From Phoronis australis (Eukaryota; Animalia; Phoronida): a DNA stretch of 64,000 bases. Each line of letters opens with the position of its first letter. Position 1 is the stretch's first letter. A model generated the notes under the pieces. It was not told where the DNA came from and did no database searches. It was given only the letters and a program-made list of their open reading frames with translations. Of the stretch, positions 50,101-61,582 are shown piece by piece. Location: contig NMRA01000042.1 in NCBI GenBank assembly GCA_002633005.1, forward strand, positions 828,388-892,387. Direction: 5' to 3'. The position numbers were made by a program, and so were the translations under genes.

Positions 50101-53100
50101 AGTCAGTATGCCTCGTAGTTTAACTAAGAGGTCATGAGTTCAATGTGCCGTGTTGACGAGGTTTTGTTCTTAAGACTCTCAACGGGCCTTTTGACCAATT
50201 CTCTGTGAAAGCACGTCGACTGCTTGCGATATTCATGAGGAAAAAAATTAAGTCACCAGGTACCAATTTGTCTGGTGGTCTTAATTCACGTGTACATGGT
50301 TTTAAAAATTATTTTAAAAGGCTTAACTCAATAAGCTGTATAAAACAGCTATAATCCTGCATTCCGTAAAAACAAGTTTTTACACGTTGTCTGAAGAATG
50401 CTATAAATTGAGTCTTAACTTTCTGGGCTTGGGTAGTTCATTGTTTCATGAGACATTCTTGTTAAGTTGGCTTGTCAGAGTGTATCAGCGTATCTATCAA
50501 GCATGGTCGCAGGCACGTATAATCAAGGCAGGTTTGTAACTGCATTAAGCACTAAGATTGCTGTTGGTATTATTCACATATCTGTGCTTTATTTGTAGAT
50601 AGTGGTGGTGTTCACTTTGTATCGTCTTTCAATGGACTCCAGGTAATTCTTTACGCACTTCTTCCACTCGGGCTACACAAGCAATTAGAAACCTCATGGA
50701 GTTTAAGAAAAGCAGTCGTCATTCTGTTTTAACAATAAACTTTAACATGATGGCATATCTCTACGATGTCTACCAATACCAACTTGGCCTCCTTAAATGT
50801 GACTAGAGACTATCACTGAACTGTGGTGTCTGTTCCTGTCTGACTGTTAATGTCTAGCCGACAAAGAACCATCTTCATGTCTTATATAACATGACGCATT
50901 CAAAACTCTTATTGTGCTTTATGCAGCTCAAGGGCACTTATCAAAACATTACCGATAACATTGACTCATTTTAGACAACACTGTAATATACAAGAAACTT
51001 CAATGTGATGGAGCTGAGTTACTGTATTTGGTACATTTTCACACACTCTTTGATAAACAGGTATATGGAGACATTTGCTACATGGTACCAAGAGTTATCC
51101 ACCATGCCATCTTTTTCTCATGTGTTTAAATTCCATCAATGGTGACAAGGTGTGTGTCATAATGCATAACACTTTCTCCACCTATTGTATGTTAGGCTTC
51201 CATCAGCAGTGACTCCCATGATTGTATTAGTTCAACCGAAGCACATGCTGCCCTCTAGTGTCTACTATACTTTTGTGGGCTGAGTATGGTTGTCAATACA
51301 ATTAATCCAGTGTTAGGCTTCCATCAGCCAAAGCGCATGCTGCCCTTCAAGTGTCTGCAATGCTGAGCATAACCAAAGCAAATGATGCCGCCGTCTGGTG
51401 TCTTCTGTGCTCAGTACAGTGACAACATTTGACACGTCTGTCAACAATGGTGGTTATGGTGTCAGTTATGGTATGATTGTCAGCACAACTTACACTGTTA
51501 CTTTCTGTTTTGTTAGGCTCCCATCAATGATGACAAAGCCTGCGCTCTCATGCTGGGCATGACTTCTAGTACCACAAACGCACACATCGTACGTGCCATT
51601 CTAGAGTCTCTGGCATTCCGTGTCAAGCTTCTTTATGAGGCCATGCTGACAGAAACCAAAATACCTCTCAGGTGTTTAAGGCAAGTGGAAGAGTTGTTGT
51701 AAATGAATAATTTGTATCAATAAAAAGACATTCCTGTGACTTTTACATTTTCATGTCATTTTTTTCGATTGTACTAAATTGTGTTTCATTCATTTCGCAT
51801 TTTACATGTTTATTTATTTTGGACCACCAGGGAAGTAACTTTTTGTTTAACTTTTTTGTTATCCTGTTTACATGCACATTCTCATTTATTTTTATGCGCC
51901 CACATATTTATATGTGGGTGTATATTGCCGTCATCTCTGTCTGGGCGTCCAGCGTCTGCGGCTGTATCTCCTAAACCCCTTGTAGGATCTTATTGAAATT
52001 TGGCAGGTGTGTTCCTATGGGGTTGACGACAGAGGGTGATGAGTTTCGGACTGACCCGAATACGGCTGTGTCCCCTAGTGGCAAGTTTAGTTTTTATGTT
52101 TGCCTCTGTATCTTCAAAGGTCCTCAACCCATTTTCACGAAATGTGGCACATAGGCATCTGTTAATGAGATGAAGCTATCCTTTCGTTTTGGGATGGATT
52201 TGAGGTATTTTGCGCCATCTAGTGGTCATTTCTAGTATTTTCAAGTCTGTTTTTTGGCGTCCGCCCCTCTGTCAACCAAACCACTCAAAGCATGATTGCG
52301 AAAATTGGCATGCATGTTCTTACTATGAAAAGGACGGTTGACGATGATTTTCCGATGACTTTGACTACTGTGGCGCCTCCTAGTGGCAGTTTTGTTTGTT
52401 TTTGTGCTCATGGCTGTATCTCGTAAATGCTCCACAGAATCTTTGTTAAATGCAGTAAATGTGTTTATATTTACAACGGACGACGACGGCTTTCGGACAG
52501 ATCAGACTACAGGTGTGCCCCTAGTGGCAATTTTAGTTTTTTTTACGTATGTTCAAAGGTCCTCGATGGATTTCCATAAAATTTGGCACATAGGCATCTA
52601 TTAACGAGGTGACGCTATCCTCCCATTTTCGGATGGATTTGAGGTATTTTGCGCCACCTAGTGGCCATTTTCATTGTTTTTGGCATCCGCCCCTCCATCA
52701 ACCAAACCACGCTAAGGCTGATTGTGAAAATTGGCATGTATGATCTTACTATAAAGAGGACAATTGTCGATGTATTTCCAATGACTTCGACTGCTGTGGC
52801 GCCTCCTAATGGCAGTTTTTTGTTTTGTTTTGCGCCTAAGTGTACCTGTATTTCCTAAGCCCTCTGCAGGATTTTTATTAAATTTTTAGTTTATTTATAT
52901 GGAGTTAACAATGGACAACGACGACTTTCAGACGGGTCCATCTAAAACTGCCCCCTAGTGGCAATTTTATTTTTTTCTGTTTTCCTCTGTTTCTCTGATG
53001 AAGTTCGTCGACGAATTTTCATAAAATTTGTTAATTAGCTTTCTTTTAAAGAACAGTGACATTTTCCAGTTTTCAGACAGATTCGACATATTTTGCTCCA

Positions 53101-55671
53101 TCTAGTGGCCATTTTTACTGTTTTCGAGTCTGTTTTTGGCGTCCGCCCTCTGTCAACCAAACCACTCTTAGGATGATTGTGAAAATTGGCTTATGTATTG
53201 TTAGTGTGAAGGGGACGGTTGACGATGATTTTCTGGCTTCAGTTACTGTTGCGCCTCCTAGTGGCTTTTTTTTCACCCTTGGTTGTATCTCCTAAGCCCT
53301 CTGTAGAATGTTTATTTATTTTTTGCTAAGTTTCTTGACAGATTTTGATGAATTGTGGCAATAAATAGCTTTCTGTTAAAAAACGGTTACATTTTCCAGT
53401 TTTTTGATGGATTCAAAGTATTTTGCTCTATCCAGTGGCCATTTTTATGATACAAATAAACACCCTAGAAGCACACCGTTTGCAGTGCATTCTTGGGCGC
53501 CTTTCAACGCAACGCATTGCTCTTTTTAATTAATGCATTTTCAATTTGTGTTCTCCAATGTTTCTGTGTAATTGTGCCTATTTGTTATCTGACTAATAGT
53601 CAAATCAAATTCAGAAGATAAGTGCACCCAAGTCATTTATGATAACCACTGTGTTCCTGATAAGTCATCATAAATTACAAAGATTACGTCCACACTGATG
53701 TTTATTTACAAGTCTCTTTCTCTCTCTCCCTCTCTCTGAGCTGAAAATTCAGGTTCTTCTTCTTGTACTTTCCCTCTGATTATCATCACCATCGTTCAAT
53801 CAGTTTTCCACAGGTGTATTGCTCAGACTCCACCACAGCGGTTGTTTCTATCATTATGACTAAGTCAAGCTCAAAGTGTCAGAAGTATTATGTTGTGCAT
53901 TGTTCACACATATCCTACCCTAGAACAACTTGCTGTTGTGCAACTTACCTCAATTTAAGTGGAGCTTCCACACACATATATCCGATTACTAGGGTAAAGC
54001 GGAAGTTGTCTCTCTGTGCATGACAATAGATGGCTGATAAAAATATGCAACTGTTACAAGTTTGATAAGTTGCACTTGTCTAAATAGCATCCACACAGCC
54101 TCCAAACCTAGCGACAACTCTTTCCGGGAGTAATTTGTTCTTTGGTTAGTCTGTGTGGATGGCACTTACTTGTTCAGAAGGTATCCACTTGATTATTTCA
54201 TTGACATAAGCAAAAACGAGGGAAGTGCAATACGTATTATAGAAGATTACAGCTTGCTGGACCTAAAACAGGCACTGTACTCACATTTAGTTACCATAGA
54301 ATGTATTTTATTATTTTACAAAACCATTAATAAATGTTAAGTTGTACCAAGTCAAATGTGCAATATTGTTTCTCAGACATGCTCAAAATATTATTAGAAC
54401 CTTTTATGAGCTATCTATGAATGAATTATGCATTCCAACCTCTGTTATCCATCTTGCAGCGCTGATGGGGGTGTGACAAACAATGACTTCCTCATGCAGC
54501 TGGTTGCTGATTTGTTGGATAAGAAGGTCGATAGGTCAGCCAGGCCAGACCTTCAGACCAGTCTGGGCGGAGCTTTCTTAGCTGGATTAGCTACAGGTAA
54601 GTGGATAGAATATTACCACATTTGTCTTGGTTAATCCCCTGTCACTCAATCATCAGATAAGTATTAAAGGGGTACACAACTGTTTTTGACGTTAGGTTTT
54701 GAAAAAATGCAGATCTAATGGTTATCTTGGAGATACATTATTTGACCTCAATTACATTGCCCTAGCGAGTTTTTCTATCCATGGAACATTAGAATATGTT
54801 GTGGAAGGCCAAGCAAAAGATCGCATGTTAGTTTTACATTCAATTCCTTTGCACAAAGGTAATGTTCTTTGTGTTAATGATCAATGTTTGTGTCAGTCAT
54901 TCATGTTTGCTCAGTGGAAGCGAATTCAGAAACAATATGTGGGCCTTTTTGCTGGGCCGTTTACGCCAACCTTCTATTGTTCTATTTTTCTAAATCCATG
55001 CCAGGGGAGCAGCAATTAACACAATAAAATGTCTCTTCAGAGTTACCAGGGATCTGTATTTTACTAAAGGTAACATTGAAAACGTTTGTTTCACCATTAA
55101 GATGAGCATGGATATTTAAAAAGGTTTTTATTAAAGTACGAGGAGTATGTTAAGTTGAAAAACCATTTTATCGCTAATTTCTTTACAATCAAACATTAAA
55201 TGTGCACAAATTACTACTACTGATTCATAGTCAAAGGCAAGTAGTAAAAGATGGATATTGTGTAGAAACTAAATGTCCCACTTCTGTAAGTTTGTGGGGA
55301 GTGCATAGTACGAATGTGATCTTGAGAGATTGAAAGTTGGAAAATTGGAAAGTGGGAATTGAGCTGAACATGCATCATCAATTTTAACTAACTTTATAAA
55401 TTTTTAACGCTTGATATGGTTTCATTATCAAATATTCTGTTGTTTTGTTGTTCGATTTTGTAGAAAATGTATATTATGAAAAGTTTCACAAGTTTCCAGT
55501 AAAATATTCTGCCATTTTGAAGGTGTGTGGAACACAAAGGAAGAACTATACAGACTGAAGTCGCCAGGCAAAGACTTTGAACCTGACAAGAGTGTATGGC
55601 CAAAATATAGACCAATAATTGTGGAGTGGGAGAGAGCACTGAGGAGGGCGTGTCAGTGGTACAAGCATTGA
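35104..55671 (+). CDS. GK5: Glycerol kinase 5 (FGGY carbohydrate kinase family), 521 aa, 15 coding exons
   Basis: join(35104..35223,35932..36025,39596..39671,40073..40166,41077..41166,42707..42748,46276..46413,47657..47730,48222..48282,48601..48727,49451..49606,50599..50642,51517..51680,54460..54596,55523..55671) = 1566 nt, all phases consistent. Motifs VDIGTT, FITWQDLRA, FGTVDTWLL, ATDFSNASSTGLYD, GDQQGAMFGECCF..GDVKLTCGTGTF, LYPLVGWKIG, VRAILESLAF, ADGGV. Confidence 0.95.
37647..39295 (+). mobile_element. HINE copy 2 (GK5 intron 2), 3' stem-loop missing
   Basis: CCGTCCGGCGTCC microsatellite-like head, 11 ~145-bp subunits each containing a CC(A/C/T)CCTAGTGGC-type motif, and the tail AACCCTAATAGCACACC. 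Confidence 0.8.
41200..42329. mobile_element. TIR element with CAGGTGCAGATCCA ends in GK5 intron 5
   Basis: CAGGTGCAGATCCA (41200) / TGGATCTGCACCTG (42316-42329), plus inverted subterminal blocks at 41291-41330 and 42268-42305. No TSD is evident. Confidence 0.5.
43121..44832 (+). mobile_element. HINE copy 3 (GK5 intron 6)
   Basis: TTTTTATGTGCCC start, central trimeric repeats, and end TGGGCGCAT-ATCAACGCTCTGCGTCGCTCTTGTT. Confidence 0.85.
45268..46072 (+). mobile_element. HINE copy 4 (GK5 intron 6), short
   Basis: TTTTTATGCACTCCCATATTTACATGTGG hairpin, CCGTCTGTCC, 5 subunits, and end CAACGCTCTGCGTTGCTCTTGTT. Confidence 0.85.
51888..53526 (+). mobile_element. HINE copy 5 (GK5 intron 13)
   Basis: TTTTTATGCGCCCACATAT-TT-ATATGTGGGTGTAT hairpin, central repeats, and end TGGGCGCC...CAACGCAACGCATTGCTCTTT. 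Confidence 0.85.
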
Positions 55672-56005
55672 CATGAATGGCCAGTTACATGGTGGGAAGG
55701 TGCGTCTGCAGCATAGGCACTTGCATGATTGACATATTATTAAAGGAAAAGGGCGTGTCTGAATATAGGCACTGTTGTGTTTGAGAGCTTGTTAATGGTG
55801 TGACTGAGGTTTCAAGGCTCGTGATTGATTGATTGTTGATGGGAAAGGGCGTGTCTGTTGCACAAATGGAGACATGATTTTTCATATCCTAAATATTGCT
55901 CATTCCATTTATCCGGGTATTCTTCTTTCCCTATAGTCTTTTGACTATTACGACATAATTATCATTTTGAGCTCAGCCATAGAATTAATGTTACTGAGTA
56001 AGTCA

Positions 56006-56379
56006 TAGGGGATCCCCTTATACACAAGGTAGAAATATCCTTTTGGGGATTCCATTACCCATGAGGTGGAAATATCCTTTAGGGAATTCCCTTACCCCTG
56101 AGGTGGAAATATCCTTTAAGGGATCCCATTACCCATGAGGTGGAACTATCCTTTAGGGAATTCCCTTACCCATGAGGTAGAAATATCCTTTAGGGGATTC
56201 CATTACCATTGAGGTGGAAATATCCTTTAGGGAATTCCCTTACCCACCAGGTGGAAATATCCTTTAGGGAATTCCCTTACCCATGAGGTGGAAATATCCT
56301 TTAGGGGATTCCTTTACCCATGAGGTGGAACTATCCTTTAGAGAATTCCCTTACCCACGAGGTGGAAATATCCTTTAGG
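56006..56379. repeat. 37-bp minisatellite, ~10 copies, downstream of the GK5 stop codon
   Basis: Unit ATCCTTTAGGGAATTCCCTTACCCATGAGGTGGAAAT; GAGGTGG recurs at 56063, 56100 and onward at 37-bp steps. Confidence 0.95.
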
Positions 56380-59300
56380 AAAATATGATTTAGTTTTGAG
56401 TTATTAAATGCTATTTAGGTACAACTCTGCATACCATTCACAAGCTCATTTTGTCTGCTTAAAGCCTGTGCAGTGCCATCTTTGAAAACCATTATTTTGA
56501 CTCATGCTTTGAAGGAACCTTCTGTTTTGGTTTTATTATATGACGTAGCTATTCTAATTATGCATGGATCAAATGATTCAGCAGTCCTCTGATTCCATTT
56601 AAGGATAGATTCGCTGTTGCTTACTTGATTTATTCTGAGTTGTATTTAACTACTTGTTGCATTCTCATCAATGTCACTTTGATGTAAAAAAGCTGTTGAA
56701 ATATACTATTTTATAAGTTTTGGACTGCATTGTTTAAGTCTGGTTAAAGTATAATTTTTAATTTTCAAAAGGTAGTTAGAATTTGCCATGTAATCTACTA
56801 TGCCACAAGAAGCCTAGTAATGAGACCGCTGGTTGAGGTTTACTGTAACACTGTGTTCTTCAAAGCGGATCATTCGAAAAACGTTCCTTTGAATGCTGTT
56901 GATTGAGTCTATGTTCTTCTTCCTTTTTCTCTTTGTCGGAATATTTTGGTAACGCAGATACTTCATCCACATACAGTATAATCCAGAAGTATTCTGGCAA
57001 AATGTCCCGGCATTCCCCGTCGTTATCGTTCATTTGTGCTGGTAACAGAATTAACCAGTCGTGACAGGAAACACTATTTTGTTTTGTTAGTTTGGTCTTG
57101 GACTGTACTGTGCATATTTTTCTCACTCGCACTGTTTGTCATATGCAATCAACTGAGTCGATCATTGGCATGAGGTAAATACTGCAGAAAATTTTAGCAG
57201 TGTTTTTAAGAATTAATCTTGAACATTTGTATCAAACAAAATTTGGTCACGTTAGTGACACCTTTGTTTTGCTATGACTGTACCTTTCTGTTTTGGTAAA
57301 GTTTACTTAAAAGACATGGCACGTGACTCAATGGCAGATTGGTATAAAGTCAAAAGTCTACAATTTTACAGGCTCTCTAGTTTCAGAAATGTTTAGTTTT
57401 AATGCGTTAAATTTCATAGTTTTCTAGATATTTGGCTGAGTGCAGACTTGTCAAGAAGGTCGTACATTACTTTAATCTATGGGTTCTTTATGATATAATT
57501 GTACTTCTCTGTGTTGTCCCGTATTACACAGCTATAGAACTCTTTGTTCTGCAAGTGCTTCACTTTCGAATGTCGGGCACATTTTCAGAGGTCTTGTTGG
57601 AAACCGTCAAGGTGTATGGCCACAGAAATATTCTGGATTTCAACCGTACTTGATTTATCCTCTAGCTCCGAATTTTCTTGTCTTTGATTGATGTTCGGAA
57701 GGCAAAGAACCTAACATAATGCATATTTGCCAAGTTTATCCACCTTTCTTCCATTGGAGTTGCTGCCCACAGCACAGCAGTAATACCTCCTTGGCATTGG
57801 AAGGATGAATTGGGTAATGCAGCTATGAAAAACTTGAAAACAATGCGACAACAACAAAGAACTCTAAAGCCATGAGGCCGCAAAAGTGTTTGATGGATAT
57901 TCTGCGTAAATACAGCGAGATTCGAGTGTCTGTGTAATCTGGGACGGACCTATTGCTTACATTCACTAGACCCATCACTGAATAGGTTCATCTAAGACTA
58001 TGAGAAGAAAATGTGTGTCTATGGTTTGGTATTGTTTGGATTGATGGGAGTATAAATGGTTGGAGATTTGTATCTGTGCTATTACTGGCGTGGAGGATGT
58101 GTCTCAGTTGCATTGACAGAATTACTAGATTTCATGTGCCTTTTTTACAGAAATTTAATTGGCAATAACAGGCAACCTCTGAAAGTTGTAATTGAAGCAA
58201 CTATTATTGTACTCATTCCAGGTAATGCCCGTACCTGCCTTAACGTCCTGATAACAAGTGCTCTCGCATTACTCATGTAATTTTTGGAGGAATTTACTTA
58301 TTCAAAGGTTGTGCATCCAAGCATTTATTTTTTGAACTCTTTAAGTAAAAATTTTTGAAGAATCCATACTTTAAAGTCTCGTGAACTTGTAAAGAAATTT
58401 TAGATTGACTATGCAATTCAAATTTTTGTTGTTAGGAAATTCATTGTGTTCACATATTTTTCGTTGTGTTGTGAAACATATTTCACACTTTGTTGAATTG
58501 AACCTTACCTATTGTGTTCAATTACTAACTAGCCACGTACTTGGAGGTTTACCTCAGACTATGATGTCATTAGAAAATGGAGAACAGGTGCTGATATGAC
58601 TATAGCTTGCATACTTGAAATTGAGTACAGCAAGAAACCGTTCATATAGCAATACACTCGCTGAGTAACAGGCAGCTGAAATAAGTTATGTTGTATCACT
58701 ACAAGGATTTTGTCATTAAGTTCCTGCTATACATTACCATAGTTAGGAGCATGCGAATACATCTTAATCATCAAGTGCATAAAGGTGAATAATTAGTAAT
58801 TAAAAGTGCATGAATAATAATGATGCAAATGTTTTCTATTTGATACAATTATTTTATTTTTTGGTGACAAATAAATAATCTTACGTATGAAACAACATAT
58901 TTATAGACTCGCATATCTTAACTACATAATAAATGCACTTACATACTAATCATGAACACGAGAATAATACGAGTGCATAAGGTGAACAGGTGATTGTGTG
59001 CAGGTGTCAAGTTTCATTTGTGACATGTGCAACAAAATACATCTTAAAGGAACTGCAAACTAATGTTTAAGATACAGGGAGGGTTTGAGCTGCAGTAAGA
59101 CTCACAAAGCCTGATCCATTCGGACACATTTTGTCTAAGTGAGGCAAATTCTGACATAACAGAAGGCCAGAGTACATGAACAACAATAACAGTATCGTGG
59201 AACTCAGTCCAGGTTAACCAAAACTCCGACATCAACATGTCCAATTTAGGTGATTTTACTGTACTTATCATTATCAGCACAACAATGCATTTTGCAACAT

Positions 59301-59989
59301 ACATGCCACTTTGCACTCATAACATTGCAATGCAATCGTGGTTAGATCTGTTTGTAGTAACACAGCTATGTACATAATGAAATGATGATTCACCACTAGA
59401 GGTCACAGTTTAGCTTCAGACCGTTATGTCAGAAGCAAATGGATTGTCAAGAATACTACCAACCATTGGTACTTGGTCCCAAGATAGGTCTAAAAACAAA
59501 GCCTGGGTGTGTCCCCTAACAAAAAATATCCATCGTACGATTTATGGTCCACTTACAATCAACATGCAGCCTATACATAGTTAACAGTGACCAACCTACG
59601 TAAGGCTCCCATAAATAAACTAATCTAATAAAAGAGGCTACAGTATTGAATACTTAAGCATAAAATGAATGCACAAAACGGGAATTACAAGAGGTCCTGC
59701 AATACAGATCAACACTGGGAGGATGGAGAAAGACGTAAATGGGGGTATACATGCAATCTATTACGACTAAAATTCTCTTCAGAAATATTTGTCTCCAGCT
59801 GCCCACTTAAATAATTATACATCACTAACTATGGACAGGGATGAGGATGCATGATTTTGCACCACTGACAAAATACTGAGGAGTTAGCAAAATTATGAGT
59901 GCGTGTCTAAAGATGATTTTCTGTTAAAGCAGCTACAAGCAGCACTTCTTCAAAGAAACATAGTCTTGATTTAGGCCAATTACAGTGGT

Positions 59990-60094
59990 AATGGTCTGAT
60001 ATAACGTGCCCGAATTTTGAGAACCAGTTTTCCCCACTAAATAACGGGCGTCAAACCTGGTTCTCAAAATGCCGACACGCTATATTAGATTATT
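59990..60094. repeat. Imperfect inverted repeat (~42-bp arms)
   Basis: AATGGTCTGATATAACGTGCCCGAATTTTGAGAACCAG pairs with CTGGTTCTCAAAATGCCGACACGCTATATTAGATTATT. Confidence 0.7.
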
Positions 60095-61054
60095 GACAAT
60101 TACAGCTATAAAACTGATCTCGACTTGCACCCAACTAAGATGAGAAGTAGTCTCTTGGTTTGGAAAAAATGTCAGTCTGATATTGCAACTTGTCTGACTC
60201 CAGCAATAACTGTCACTTGCTTCAGAGACCAGAAATCACCTCTATTTAGACTAAAGCACAGTTTGAGATCAATTTAATAACAGCAAATGTCTAAACCCTC
60301 GATGTGTAGGTGCTTTAACTTACAGTATAACCATCCAATAACATAAAACGTTCACCTGATCACAGCACTCCACCAGTCTTTTAGTGCCCGCACACACGCC
60401 TTACACATAGTTTTGTAAAAATAACATCACAACTCCTGCTCTACGGCACTTAGCACTGTTGGCAGTCTTTAATTAATACTAAAACTGGAACTCAAATAAA
60501 CAAGATACGTGGTCCTATTACAACATAAGTACACGATTTCATAAATATGTCATGAACCGTGTTTTGGTACTTAAAACATTTTCTTCACAGGCTTATTTGC
60601 TCATCCAAAGCATCGTTGTGTCATTCATCCACTTCGTTTCAACTGAAAGTAACTCGATCGCAATAAGCCTGGAATGAAGGAATAACGACCCTATGTTCAA
60701 GTCTAGAAATGTTTTCTTATCTAATAAAGGAACAAGACGAGAGCAATGCCATAATGACAAGTTGCTTATACCAAAAGATAATGGTATGTTACACCTTGAA
60801 CATCAGTTCAGTACTGCCACATCCTGACCAGGAACATCATGCACTAAGTAAAATCTCACCAATTTTGGACAAAAATAATTACCAATAGGTCTTTTTTGAT
60901 TTTTTCACAGACTTCTAACATTACTTTGAATACCTACAGTTTCCAGAATCATTGTAGCTTTGGTAACACATTTATTTGGTTGGACTATCTTTTATGAACG
61001 AAGAAAAAGTAATTTCACTTGCTGGACACATTTTGTCCTAAATTGGTAACGTTG

Positions 61055-61160
61055 AGATTTTACCATAATGAGGTATGTATATTTTCAGTTTCTGAACAAT
61101 GTCAAAGATTTTACCATAATGAGGTATGTATATTTTCAGTTTCTGAACAATGTCAAAGAT
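61055..61160. repeat. Exact 51-bp tandem duplication
   Basis: AGATTTTACCATAATGAGGTATGTATATTTTCAGTTTCTGAACAATGTCAA occurs at 61055 and 61106. Confidence 0.9.
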
Positions 61161-61582
61161 CATATTAATGTTGCACCACTTCTTCATCCCTGTGAGTAAC
61201 AAATAAAGCTTCCTTGGGTTACCAGTCAATGAGTAAGAGTTGTGCAAATATTCCGAAGACTGACATTTCTTCATTAGTGAAGTCTACACTGGATCTTTAA
61301 TGACCAACAATACGCAATTCACTTTTGGTCTGTTTTCATTATGTTGAAATGCAAGTACACATTGTTGCTTCAACAACACACTATATTATAATCTTCATCT
61401 AGGTGGGCTAAGTGTCAGTATAGACAGATGTGGCAAAATTTCAATTTGGCCAAATAAAAAATGTGCTCCATTTCCTGTTAAAAACCTTGGAGTGGCCAAT
61501 TCAATTGCTCGTTCACACAGTCGTCATCTCCTACCAACAAGTCCTCCATCTTTCTACCATCCATCCTGATGGCACTCACTTT

